From: Eledone cirrhosa
Lineage: Eukaryota
Length of the DNA: 64,000 nt
Direction of reading: 5' to 3'
Assembly: GCA_964016885.1 (NCBI GenBank)
Contig: OZ024750.1
Location: 54,498,001 to 54,562,000 of the forward strand
Shown: positions 24,787-37,730 of the stretch, one piece after another
Numbering within the stretch: the first letter of the stretch is position 1
Layout of the letters: every line of letters starts with the position of its first letter
Program-made: the position numbers and the translations under genes
The notes under the pieces: generated by a model
What the model was told of the DNA's origin: nothing
The model's database searches: none
What the model saw: only the letters and a program-made list of their open reading frames with translations

Positions 24787-25450
24787 TTGTTCATTCTTAC
24801 CATTTTCCTCTCCAGTTCTTCTATTTCAGATCTAGTCAGCTCTGCTGGAATCTCACTAGAATTCCAATTGCCTCTGTCTATTCTACAATGTCTGTTTTCA
24901 ACTGTTACATGTCTGCCTTATTTTCTATATACATATTACCATTTCCTATTACTTTCAAATGTTTCTGTAGATTCCAGTTGGGAACATGTAACCTTTCCAT
25001 GTGTTAACTATGCTCTGTTAAATATATAACACTTGGGTCATACATACACGTAACACACTTTCTCTACAGACTGTTGAAAGGAAATAAATATTTACTGTAT
25101 TTCCCTAGCATCAAAGATACTCAAACCACAAAGATGTATCTCTAATTTAGATTTGAAAAGTTTTTAAAAAGATGAACATGAAAACAAGGTCTCACCAATT
25201 TCACTTATTTTTTCCTGTAAGTTTCATCATCTAGAAAACTATCTTTTACTGATTACAGTCTTCAGATTGTGGCCATACTGAGACAACCCTTTGATTTGGT
25301 CGATCATATCAACCCCAGAAATTATCTTTTGTAGTCTGGTTTTTATTTTATCGTTCTCTTTTTCTTTTGTCAAACTGTTAAGTTATAGGATAAATGAAAA
25401 ATAAAATAAATTTACAGCACATACCTATGCAAGTTTAGTTGGTCTGCTAT

Positions 25451-28400
25451 ATTGTTTCTCAGGTTTCTTGGGTGTTTTAATGATAGTGGCTCCAGTCCTC
25501 TGTTGTTTCTCAGGTTTCTTGGGTGTTTTAATGATAGTGGCTCCAGTCCTATGTTGTTACTCAGGTTTCTTGGGTGTTTTAATGATAGTGGCTCCAGTCC
25601 TATGTTGTTTCTCAGGTTTCTTGGGTGTTTTAATGATAGTGGCTCCAGTCCTATGTTGTTTCTCAGGTTTCTTGGGTATTTTAATGATAGTGGCTCCAGT
25701 CCTATGTTGTTTCTCAGGTTTCTTGGGTATTTTAATGATAGTGGCTCCAGTCCTATGTTGTTACTCAGGTTTCTTGGGTGTTTTAATGATAGTGGCTCCA
25801 GTCCTCTGTTGTTTCTCAGGTTTCTTGGGTGTTTTAATGATAGTGGCTCCAGTCCTATGTTGTTTCTCAGGTTTCTTGGGTGTTTTAATGATAGTGGCTC
25901 CAGTCCTATGTTGTTTCTCAGGTTTCTTGGGTGTTTTAATGATAGTGGCTCCAGTCCTATGTTGTTACTCAGGTTTCTTGGGTGTTTTAATGATAGTGGC
26001 TCCAGTCCTATGTTGTTTCTCAGGTTTCTTGGGTGTTTTAATGATAGTGGCTCCAGTCCTATGTTGTTACTCAGGTTTCTTGGGTGTTTTAAAGATAGTG
26101 GCTCCAGTCCTATGTTGTTTCTCAGGTTTCTTGGGTGTTTTAATGATAGTGGCTCCAGTCCTCTGTTGTTTCTCAGGTTTCTTGGGTGTTTTAATGATAG
26201 TGGCTCCAGTCCTATGTTGTTTCTCAGGTTTCTTGAGTATTTTAATGATAGTGGCTCCAGTCCTATGTTGTTTCTAGGTTTCTTGGGTGTTTTAATGATA
26301 GTGGCTCCAGTCATATGTTGTTTCTCAGGTTTCTTGGGTGTTTTAATGATAGTGGCTCCAGTCCTATGTTGTTTCTTGGGTGTTTTAATGATAGTGGCTC
26401 CAGTCCTATGTTGTTACTCAGGTTTCTTGGGTATTTTAATGATAGTGGCTCCAGTCATATGTTGTTACTCAGGTTTCTTGGGTGTTTTAATGATAGTGGC
26501 TCCAGTCCTATGTTGTTTCTTGGGTGTTTTAATGATAGTGGCTCCAGTCCTATGTTGTTTCTCAGGTTTCTTGGGTGTTTTAATGATAGTGGCTCCAGTC
26601 CTCTGTTGTTTCTCAGGTTTCTTGGGTGTTTTAATGATAGTGGCTCCAGTCCTCTGTTGTTTCTCAGGTTTCTTGGGTGTTTTAATGATAGTGGCTCCAG
26701 TGCTATGTTGTTACTCAGGTTTCTTGGGTGTTTTAATGATAGTGGCTCCAGTCCTATGTTGTTACTCAGGTTTCTTGGGTGTTTTAATGATAGTGGCTCC
26801 AGTCTTCTGTTGTTTCTCAGGTTTCTTGGGTATTTTAATGATAGTGGCTCCAGTCCTATGTTGTTACTCAGGTTTCTTGAGTATTTTAATGATAGTGGCT
26901 CCAGTCCTATGTTGTTTCTCAGGTTTCTTGGGTGTTTTAATGATAGTGGCTCCAGTCCTATGTTGTTACTCAGGTTTCTTGGGTGTTTTAATGATAGTGG
27001 CTCCAGTCTTCTGTTGTTTCTCAGGTTTCTTGGGTATTTTAATGATAGTGGCTCCAGTCCTATGTTGTTACTCAGGTTTCTTGAGTATTTTAATGATAGT
27101 GGCTCCAGTCCTATGTTGTTTCTCAGGTTTCTTGGGTGTTTTAATGATAGTGGCTCCAGTCATATGTTGTTACTCAGGTTTCTTGGGTGTTTTAATGATA
27201 GTGGCTCCAGTCCTATGTTGTTTCTCAGGTTTCTTTGGTGTTTTAATGATAGTGGCTCCAGTCCTCTGTTGTTTCTCGGGTTTCTTGGGTGTTTTAATGA
27301 TAGTGGCTCCAGTCCTCTGTTGTTTCTCAGGTTTCTTGGGTGTTTTAATGATAGTGGCTCCAGTCCTATGTTGTTACTCAGGTTTCTTGGGTGTTTTAAT
27401 GATAGTGGCTCCAGTCCTATGTTGTTTCTCAGGTTTCTTGGGTGTTTTAATGATAGTGGCTCCAGTCCTCTGTTGTTTCTCAGGTTTCTTGGGTGTTTTA
27501 ATGATAGTGGCTCCAGTCCTCTGTTGTTTCTCAGGTTTCTTGGGTGTTTTAATGATAGTGGCTCCAGTCCTCTGTTGTTTCTCAGGTTTCTTGGGTGTTT
27601 TAATGATAGTGGCTCCAGTCCTCTGTTGTTTCTCGGGTTTCTTGGGTGTTTTAATGATAGTGGCTCCAGTCCTCTGTTGTTTCTCAGGTTTCTTGGGTGT
27701 TTTAATGATAGTGGCTCCAGTCCTATGTTGTTTCTCGGGTTTCTTGGGTGTTTTAATGATAGTGGCTCCAGTGCTATGTTGTTTCTCAGGTTTCTTGGGT
27801 GTTTTAATGATAGTGGCTCCAGTCCTATGTTGTTACTCAGGTTTCTTGGGTGTTTTAATGATAGTGGCTCCAGTCCTCTGTTGTTTCTCAGGTTTCTTGG
27901 GTATTTTAATGATAGTGGCTCCAGTCCTATGTTGTTACTCAGGTTTCTTGAGTATTTTAATGATAGTGGCTCCAGTCCTATGTTGTTTCTCAGGTTTCTT
28001 GGGTGTTTTAATGATAGTGGCTCCAGTCATATGTTGTTACTCAGGTTTCTTGGGTGTTTTAATGATAGTGGCTCCAGTCCTATGTTGTTTCTCAGGTTTC
28101 TTGGGTGTTTTAATGATAGTGGCTCCAGTCCTCTGTTGTTTCTCAGGTTTCTTGAGTATTTTAATGATAGTGGCTCCAGTCCTATGTTGTTACTCAGGTT
28201 TCTTGAGTATTTTAATGATAGTGGCTCCAGTCCTATGTTGTTTCTCAGGTTTCTTGGGTGTTTTAATGATAGTGGCTCCAGTCCTATGTTGTTTCTCAGG
28301 TTTCTTGGGGGTTTTAATGATAGTGGCTCCAGTCCTATGTTGTTTCTCAGGTTTCTTGGGTGTTTTAATGATAGTGGCTCCAGTCCTCTGTTGTTTCTCA

Positions 28401-31400
28401 GGTTTCTTGGGTGTTTTAATGATAGTGGCTCCAGTCCTATGTTGTTTCTCAGGTTTCTTGGGTATTTTAATGATAGTGGCTCCAGTCATATGTTGTTACT
28501 CAGGTTTCTTGGGTGTTTTAATGATAGTGGCTCCAGTCCTCTGTTGTTTCTCAGGTTTCTTGGGTGTTTTAATGATAGTGGCTCCAGTCCTATGTTGTTA
28601 CTCAGGTTTCTTGGGTGTTTTAATGATAGTGGCTCCAGTCATATGTTGTTACTCAGGTTTCTTGGGTGTTTTAATGATAGTGGCTCCAGTCCTCTGTTGT
28701 TTCTCAGGTTTCTTGGGTGTTTTAATGATAGTGGCTCCAGTCCTATGTTGTTACTCAGGTTTCTTGGGTGTTTTAATGATAGTGGCTCCAGTCCTATGTT
28801 GTTACTCAGGTTTCTTGGGGGTTTTAATGATAGTGGCTCCAGTCCTATGTTGTTTCTCAGGTTTCTTGGGTGTTTTAATGATAGTGGCTCCAGTCCTCTG
28901 TTGTTTCTCAGGTTTCTTGGGTGTTTTAATGATAGTGGCTCCAGTCCTATGTTGTTTCTCAGGTTTCTTGGGTATTTTAATGATAGTGGCTCCAGTCATA
29001 TGTTGTTACTCAGGTTTCTTGGGTGTTTTAATGATAGTGGCTCCAGTCCTCTGTTGTTTCTCAGGTTTCTTGGGTGTTTTAATGATAGTGGCTCCAGTCC
29101 TATGTTGTTACTCAGGTTTCTTGGGTGTTTTAATGATAGTGGCTCCAGTCATATGTTGTTACTCAGGTTTCTTGGGTGTTTTAATGATAGTGGCTCCAGT
29201 CCTCTGTTGTTTCTCAGGTTTCTTGGGTGTTTTAATGATAGTGGCTCCAGTCCTATGTTGTTACTCAGGTTTCTTGGGTGTTTTAATGATAGTGGCTCCA
29301 GTCATATGTTGTTACTCAGGTTTCTTGGGTGTTTTAATGATAGTGGCTCCAGTCCTCTGTTGTTTCTCAGGTTTCTTGGGTGTTTTAATGATAGTGGCTC
29401 CAGTCCTATGTTGTTTCTCAGGTTTCTTGGGTGTTTTAATGATAGTGGCTCCAGTCCTATGTTGTTTCTCAGGTTTCTTGGGTGTTTTAATGATAGTGGC
29501 TCCAGTCCTCTGTTGTTTCTCAGGTTTCTTGGGTGTTTTAATGATAGTGGCTCCAGTCCTATGTTGTTACTCAGGTTTCTTGGGTGTTTTAATGATAGTG
29601 GCTCCAGTCCTATGTTGTTACTCAGGTTTCTTGGGTGTTTTAATGATAGTGGCTCCAGTCCTATGTTGTTACTCAGGTTTCTTGGGTGTTTTAATGATAG
29701 TGGCTCCAGTCCTATGTTGTTTCTCAGGTTTCTTGGGTGTTTTAATGATAGTGGCTCCAGTCCTATGTTGTTTCTCAGGTTTCTTGGGTGTTTTAATGAT
29801 AGTGGCTCCAGTCCTCTGTTGTTTCTCAGGTTTCTTGGGTGTTTTAATGATAGTGGCTCCAGTCCTATGTTGTTACTCAGGTTTCTTGGGTGTTTTAATG
29901 ATAGTGGCTCCAGTCCTATGTTGTTTCTCAGGTTTCTTGGGTGTTTTAATGATAGTGGCTCCAGTCCTATGTTGTTACTCAGGTTTCTTGGGTGTTTTAA
30001 TGATAGTGGCTCCAGTCCTATGTTGTTTCTCAGGTTTCTTGGGTGTTTTAATGATAGTGGCTCCAGTCCTATGTTGTTACTCAGGTTTCTTGGGTGTTTT
30101 AATGATAGTGGCTCCAGTCCTATGTTGTTTCTCAGGTTTCTTGGGTGTTTTAATGATAGTGGCTCCAGTCCTATGTTGTTTCTCAGGTTTCTTGGGTGTT
30201 TTAATGATAGTGGCTCCAGTCCTATGTTGTTACTCAGGTTTCTTGGGTGTTTTAATGATAGTGGCTCCAGTCCTATGTTGTTACTCAGGTTTCTTGGGTG
30301 TTTTAATGATAGTGGCTCCAGTCCTATGTTGTTTCTCAGGTTTCTTGGGTGTTTTAATGATAGTGGCTCCAGTCCTATGTTGTTACTCAGGTTTCTTGGG
30401 TGTTTTAATGATAGTGGCTCCAGTCCTATGTTGTTACTCAGGTTTCTTGGGTGTTTTAATGATAGTGGCTCCAGTCCTATGTTGTTTCTCAGGTTTCTTG
30501 GGTGTTTTAATGATAGTGGCTCCAGTCCTATGTTGTTTCTCAGGTTTCTTGGGTGTTTTAATGATAGTGGCTCCAGTCCTATGTTGTTACTCAGGTTTCT
30601 TGGGTGTTTTAATGATAGTGGCTCCAGTCCTATGTTGTTTCTCAGGTTTCTTGGGTGTTTTAATGATAGTGGCTCCAGTCCTATGTTGTTACTCAGGTTT
30701 CTTGGGTGTTTTAATGATAGTGGCTCCAGTCCTATGTTGTTTCTCAGGTTTCTTGGGTGTTTTAATGATAGTGGCTCCAGTCCTATGTTGTTTCTCAGGT
30801 TTCTTGGGGGTTTTAATGATAGTGGCTCCAGTCCTATGTTGTTTCTCAGGTTTCTTGGGTATTTTAATGATAGTGGCTCCAGTCCTATGTTGTTTCTAGG
30901 TTTCTTGGGTATTTTAATGATAGTGGCTCCAGTCCTATGTTGTTTCTCAGGTTTCTTGAGTATTTTAATGATAGTGGCTCCAGTCCTATGTTGTTTCTAG
31001 GTTTCTTGGGTATTTTAATGATAGTGGCTCCAGTCCTATGTTGTTTCTCAGGTTTCTTGGGTATTTTAATGACAGTGGCTCCAGTCCTATGTTGTTTCTC
31101 AGGTTTCTTGGGTATTTTAATGATAGTGGCTCCAGTCCTATGTTGTTTCTCAGGTTTCTTGGGTATTTTAATGATAGTGGCTCCAGTCCTATGTTGTTAC
31201 TCAGGTTTCTTGGGTATTTTAATGACAGTGGCTCCAGTCCTATGTTGTTTCTCAGGTTTCTTGGGTATTTTAATGACAGTGGCTCCAGTCCTATGTTGTT
31301 TCTCAGGTTTCTTGGGTATTTTAATGACAGTGGCTCCAGTCCTATGTTGTTTCTCAGGTTTCTTGGGTATTTTAATGATAGTGGCTCCAGTCCTCTGTTG

Positions 31401-31627
31401 TTTCTTAGGTTTCTTGGGTGTTTTAATGATAGTGGCTCCAGTGCTATGTTGTTTCTCAGGTTTCTTGGGTATTTTAATGATAGTGGCTCCAGTCCTATGT
31501 TGTTTCTCAGGTTTCTTGAGTATTTTAATGATAGTGGCTCCAGTCCTATGTTGTTTCTTGGGTTTCTTGGGTGTTTTAATGATAGTAGCTCCAGTCCTAT
31601 GTTGTTTCTCAGGTTTCTTGGGTTTCA
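25451..31627. repeat. 51-bp tandem satellite, ~120 copies (6.2 kb)
   Basis: Monomer TTGTTTCTCAGGTTTCTTGGGTGTTTTAATGATAGTGGCTCCAGTCCTATG with a few recurrent variants. Confidence 0.98.
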
Positions 31628-31629
31628 GG

Positions 31630-31960
31630 TCTCTACCCCCACACCATCCACACCACCCCCTTAAATGTGAAGTTATGTTGGTACCACAATATCCAGTCCG
31701 AAACAAATGAGGTCGTGTAGGTCTCACGACAAAAAAAAAAACACACAGTCTACGCTGTAATGTGGCCGTGTAGGTAACACGGTAAAAACCTCCCAGTCCA
31801 CACTGTAAACGTGGTTGGTGTTGGGAAGGGCACCCAGTCGTAGAAAACCCGCCAGACAGTCCTATACGAGCAGGACAACAAATCTTGCCTCAAGTGGGAA
31901 ACCTCCCGTCCAAACCCATGCAAGCGTGGAAGATGGACGTTAAACGATGATGATGAGGAT
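31630..31960 (+). mobile_element. RTE family A 3'UTR/tail fragment
   Basis: Matches 1110-1440. Confidence 0.85.
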
Positions 31961-31969
31961 ATATGTATA

Positions 31970-32008
<39 letters not shown>

Positions 32009-32060
32009 GACGTAAAATAAGAAAATTTTAAAAATTAAAAATTAACTTACTAAAATTTTC

Positions 32061-32142
32061 ACTCCAACTAATTAGTTTCTGTAATGGGATAAAGATAGTT
32101 ACGCAATGTAACCATCGAGAATTCATTACGTCATCAGGGAGT
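32061..32142 (-). ncRNA. Type I hammerhead (family 6)
   Basis: Minus strand: ACTCC-CTGATGA-C-GTAATG..GATGGTTAC ATTGC GTAACTATC..CATTAC-A-GAA-ACTAATTAGT-T-GGAGT. Confidence 0.87.
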
Positions 32143-32695
32143 CTATTCTCAGCTAAGTCTCCAGGCAATGCGCGGACACTAGGGACTCATATAAAAATAA
32201 TAATAATTCGGTGGATGGAACAGCTAGCGGGGACTGAATTCCAAAGCACTAAAAAAGTTCACTGTCTCTGGTCAAATGGCAGATTCTAAAGAATCAATCA
32301 CGTGACACTGAGGCTAGTCAGAAGGAGTGGGGTGGTAAAATGACAAAAGCCTACTACCACTACAATGAGTTAGTAGTGGATTTGGCAGGTTTGCTCAACA
32401 AATAAATAATTTGGAGATAAATATAGAGAATTTGTATATTTACCAACATATGCGTACAGATGTACACTAATGCTAGCAAATACATAAGTTATGTCATAGT
32501 ACCTAGGTGGTTCAATGCAGGAGGATGCAGAACAATTATATGAAAGACGTAAAATACATTTGATCACATGAATGTCTATATTTATTAATATTTTGAAGTA
32601 ATATTAATAACTCCAGAAAACCTCTTTGTTGAGTGCTTATAATCTATTGTAAAACTTTATTCATTGATTAATCAATGAACCTTGTTAAACTTTTG

Positions 32696-32730
<35 letters not shown>

Positions 32731-32965
32731 GTGTATACATATATATGTGTATGTGGGATAACAAGTTATCGTTTTAGGTAATCCAGTTAGAGGTGAGTAC
32801 TCTGTACTATGGATAGTTTTAACGTACTGCATTGTTTGACTCAACAAGAAGTTTCCTTAGTTAGGTGGCGAGTTTGCGAGAATTCCCATGCAGGTCATTC
32901 TTGGAGTAATAGTAGTGAAAGAGGGAAGAATAACATGGTCAGCTGTGTTAAAAGGGTTTTATTTA

Positions 32966-33078
32966 CAGTACTAACAATTGTTTCATTGAACAGGTGAGTC
33001 TAAAGGCCGCTAATCCCTCGAAGTTGCGTCACTCGACCTTAAATACAGTGTGTCTCTGATCAAATCATCGGAATACTG
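32966..33078 (-). ncRNA. Hammerhead with long stem II (family 5), CCGAUGA core variant
   Basis: Minus strand: CAGTATT-CCGATGA-TTTGATCAG..CTGTTCAAT-GAA-ACAATTGT-T-AGTACTG. Confidence 0.72.
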
Positions 33079-34025
33079 GAGGGTGTAACACATGGCATTG
33101 GTATTTATAGATACATCAGAGAATCAAGTGAATGAAAACAATAACATCAATAATAAAAGATAATAATAAAGATGTAAAAAATAAGTACAAAATATGGTTG
33201 CTGATAATAGTAGTGGTGGTGGTAGTTGAAGTTATAATGGTGAGTAAGTGGATGTATAAAATAGTGATGACAGTAATGATAACAATAACATGAAAAGAAA
33301 TACGAAATATACGATATGTGGTATATAGATTTTGAGAATACAAGGACGTTGGCCAATAAGATCTGGCAACTTAAAGGCATCAGGAATATGAGATTAGCTG
33401 GTCGAAGTTATCGAGTGCAAGGGACTATGGGACTACTTTTTTAACATTTTCCCTTTATTTTTTCTCCTTAAATTATATCACTGATTTAAAATCAATCATC
33501 ATTTTCTTACAAAAAAATGTGTGAAACACAGCAAGGCGTTATACTGTTATACTGAAAAATTTGTTATAATGGTGTTCGTTTTATGTGTGAACGCATGTAG
33601 GTATTAAGTTTATGTGTTTCAGTCCATATACATGTATGGATATATCTGTCTGGGTGTTGGGATATATGGAAACATACAGGTGTATGTGTCTGAAGCTTTG
33701 TGTTTATGGATATATACGGCTATATACAGGGTGGGGCATAAGATTGGAAGCAAATTTGTGAAATTTGATTTCTAAAAGTGTTATAACGTATATCATTAAT
33801 CTTTTATTCTCATGTTAAAACATTAGTCTATGTAAACATATTGGACTTTGTTTGAATTTCTTAAAGAATTTGAAAATGTCATCCAATAGAGAAATGATAT
33901 TCAAACTTCATCGCACGGGGAGGTCAGATTCGGATTTTGCAAAGTTACTCTCAGTTGCAATGTCCTCCTTCCCCTTTCTGAAAAGACAACAAAAATAGCC
34001 TAGAGAGACGCATGAATTTGCTTGA

Positions 34026-34243
34026 CCCTTTAGCATTTAAACTGGCCATATCCAGCCTGAATTCTCTCACCTTTTTCTGTTCAAACTGGCTGTAACTGGT
34101 TGTTCATACTGCTGTTTAGGAATTTTTCTCAAAATAAATAAGCTCAAAATCTCATAGATTTGATATTATGAGATAATTATGTGAGGTAAAGCCTTTACCA
34201 AGAAAATATGATAGTATATATAGAGTAATGTAAATGATAAGGG
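34026..34243. mobile_element. piggyBac-like MITE
   Basis: TTGA-CCCTTTAGCATTTA ... TAAATGATAAGGG-TTAA; removing it restores the transposase reading RRMNLL-KERKHG. Confidence 0.7.
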
Positions 34244-35038
34244 TTAAAGAAAGGAAACATGGCATGGCGGATGAAATTGTCTGGTCAGATGAAAAGATTT
34301 TCTCAGTTGAGCAGACACACACCCGAAAAAAAGCATCAGCAATCAGTGTTGATCAAACATCTGTATTCCATACAATGAAATTAGCTTCTATTGTGGTCTG
34401 GGGTGGTGTTTCATCATCTTGGAAGTTTCCTCTCATTTTTGTAGAAGAAAGGACAAAAATCAGCTCCCAATGTTACATAAACGGTATTCTGGAGCCTATG
34501 CTTTCTTCTGCATCTAATCATTATGGCAATGGTTATCTGTGGACCTTTGAACAGGATTGAACCACTTCCCACACAGCAAATGTCATACAAGCTTGGTGTA
34601 GAGACCATCTTCCGAGGTTCTGGTTCAAAGAAATATGATCTCCTTGTTCACTTGATTTGAACCCTACAGACTTTTCAGTCTGGTCTATCCTTGAAGAAAA
34701 AACCTGTTCAAAATTCCATAAGACAGTTGATGATTTAAAGGCATCTCTACTGAGTGCTTGGAAAGAAATTCCCCCCAGAAATGTAGCATGCATCAGTGAA
34801 AGATGTTTGATGGAGGTTAGAGGTTGTTATTGCTGCATGAGGTGGGGGGGAGGGGGCATTTTTAAATGAAAACTCTATGCTCGGAGTTTAATTGCTTTAA
34901 AGTACGTTTAATGATTCCACTCAATTATGATTATTGAGACATTGAAAGTAAATACGTGTAAGTTTGAAAATATACAACAATAGCATCTATTCACCATATG
35001 TCAGACCGGCAAGACTGTAGTGGTGCTGAATAGAGGAG

Positions 35039-37180
35039 TCACAACATCTCTCTGTAGACCACATTTTTTGTTCTGCCTTTGGGCGCAAGTATGAATAAGT
35101 TTTGCTTGCATCCCACTCTTGAGCATGTGACGTATAGTTGGCTGTGTGAGAAGCACGGCTGGGCTAAATGGAGGCCTGCCATTGATAGCGCTTGGCCTTG
35201 GGACTTGTTGATTAACATCGCGAAGCAAAGTTTAACGGGGAATTGAAGTTGGCGCAGAGTACAGGGGCATTCCGTACCTGATTGAGTTAATGGTATTCTG
35301 GGTATGAAGACGTTTTCTCCAGCGCCGCAGCCCATGAGAATTGTGGCTTCAATTACATGCGGCAGGAGGTTTCTTACCACTAACCGTGTTCCGTTGCAGA
35401 GACGTGGTGATTCCAGGTTCCTCAACAGCATCACTGGAGTCCCAACTTTGACGTGCAGTTCATGAGGTGGCAGTCCAGAGAGGTCCAAGGAATTGAGGAA
35501 TTCTGTGGGAAAATCGTCAACCTCATCTTTGTCCACAGATTTGTAGGTACGGAGGTTTCCAGGAATGCGTTGCAGAAGGTCCTCATTGATTTTTGCAACA
35601 GAGACATTTTTGGGAGCCAATATGGCTCTATCACACAGCCAACTCGTGTTTTTGTAGTTGATGGCCATATCGGGAAAGACAGAGGCTGTGAGGTCGATCA
35701 GCCAAATGAGTAGGTGAGCGTGTGGCAGGCCTCTCTTTTGCCACTCAATGGTGTATACGTAGCACCTAACAGGTCCAAAGGCCTTACCTGATTTTAGGAG
35801 CAAGAAAGGGGGAGTAGCGAAAAATTTCAATTGAACAGTGAGTAAGTGGAAAGTGAGTACTAAGTAAGTTGTATGAAGAATACACGTCAAATAATAGGTC
35901 AAACCTGTAAGCCAAGCCCGTCTGAGTTATAGCACAAAAGAGCGTAAACAGGGGCGATATTTTAGAGCACACTGGAAAATAAATCATCGAAATCGGCGGT
36001 TCCTGAAAAAAAATGTTCTCATTATTTTTTTGTCTCATATTGCGAAAAACAAAGAAAAAAAAATACAAAAAGGACAACACTAAAATATAATGTCTTTGTT
36101 GAGATTCAAGTAAATGGATGCTGAAGCGTCATTATGATTACGTTTGTTGTTTTATAAATTCATCTGTTGCTTTTGAATATTTATTATTTGATGTAGAATG
36201 TAACGTTGAGAGAGGAATATGTATTTAGTGTTATCGGCTTTTTAAGTTTTGTTATTTGATGTATGAACGTTGTTATGACTATGTTTGTTGTTGTATAAAA
36301 TGATGTGTTGCTTAGTTATCAAAGTTTATTTTGCATTCCTGAACGAAGAGGGGGAATGATCTATTATAGAGAGAGGAAAGAGCGACGGAGAGAGTAAAGC
36401 TAAGAAACCATAAGGAGGTGTGTTAAACCTCGAAGCATGAAGAGAGTAAAGCAGTTAAATTATAGAGAGAGGGGAGAGCAACGGAGAGAGTAAAGCTATG
36501 TTTGTTGTTGTATAATTCGATGTGTTGCTTAGTTTTCAAAGTTTGTTGAGTTCCTTGAAAAGAAGTTTTGTCGCTGTTGTAAACTGTAATAGTGATAGGG
36601 TAGTAGACGGAGGCAGTAACCTTTTAAAGAGAGTTGCAGAGGAGATTGAGGGGGGGAGTAGAGGGATGGATGAACCTTTTAAAGAGAGTTGCAGAGGAGA
36701 TTGAGGGGGGAGTAGAGGGATGGATGAACCTTTTAAAGAGAGTTGCAGAGGAGATTGAGAGTGGAGTAGAGGGAGGAATGAACCTTTTAAAGAGAGTTGC
36801 AACATGTATGTAGTTTCATAGATTGTTGATGAAGAGAGAGGGTTTCAGCATGTATTTAGTTTTATCGATTTTTTTTTCATAGAAGCAGCAAAGTTTATTA
36901 CGCGTTAACCATCCTTGGTAAATTTGGAGCACATTGGAAAAAAAATCATCAAAATCGGTAGAGAAATGTGGAAATGCATAAAAATCATACACAGGGCATC
37001 CAGCCGTAGAAAACCCGCCAGACAGTCATATACGAGCAAGACAACCAATCTTGCCTCAAGTGGGAAAATTCCCGTCCAAACCCATGCAAGTGTGGAAGAT
37101 GGACGTTAAACAATGATGATGATGATGATGATGACATACAGACAGACAGACATCTTCTGTTTTATATCTATAGAGACTAG
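35039..37180 (-). mobile_element. Helitron, internally deleted (Rep HUH motif fused to PIF1 helicase C-terminus)
   Basis: IEWQKRGLPHAH, RAILAPKN, MLLRNL..LCNGTRL, QFPVKLCFAMLINKSQGQ and LYVTCSRV. The 5' end TC..TATAAAACAG lies near 37175, and there is an internal ~54-bp tandem repeat at 36618-36800. Confidence 0.88.
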
Positions 37181-37213
37181 CAGAAAACCACCCGGTGGGT
37201 GGTTTTCTGCTAG

Positions 37214-37730
37214 TCTATATATCTAAAACAGAGAATGTCTGTCTGTCTGTCAGCTCACTAAAACTTGAGAACCATCCAACCGATTGTTTTCAAACTTTAG
37301 ACATGTAATACTTATGGTCCTGTGAGTGTTTTGAGCAAAGATTATTTCAAATTTTCAATGCCCTAGGGACCGCATTAGGCGATTTAGCGTTCTCTCTATA
37401 TAATTCTTAGTCTTTCTTTTTAGATAGATACATAGATATAACGTTGAGCCCTTATAATATCTGTCTGTATGTCTGGCTGTCTGCATTACGTCATTATGAC
37501 GCGCTCAGCGCGATTCCCTCGGCCTCAGTGACCAAAGTCAGTGGAGAGGGGAAGGTAATGTTTCTGTAGCACGTGTTTTAGCGTCTATTCACTCTATCCC
37601 CCTCTCGTAGTCTGTCTCTTTCTTTCACTCTCACTCTCTCTCTACGCACGTGTTTCCACTGACGGACAGACAGACAGACAGAGAAATTGCTGGTTATATA
37701 TATAAGTAGATTACATATATGTTGCTGGTC
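37214..37730 (+). mobile_element. Non-autonomous Helitron-like element, 5' portion
   Basis: Starts TCTATATATCTAAAACAGAGAATGTCTGTCTG..AACCGATTGTTTTCAAACTTT; a second partial copy lies at 53155-53300. Confidence 0.6.

Noticed and set aside
25451-31627. CRISPR-like array
   Set aside because: There are no unique spacers and no cas genes, and the context is eukaryotic.
25412-31727. Very long ORFs (1815 aa, 1561 aa) across the satellite
   Set aside because: They result from a stop-free 51-bp monomer; they are open in several frames and switch frame at indels.
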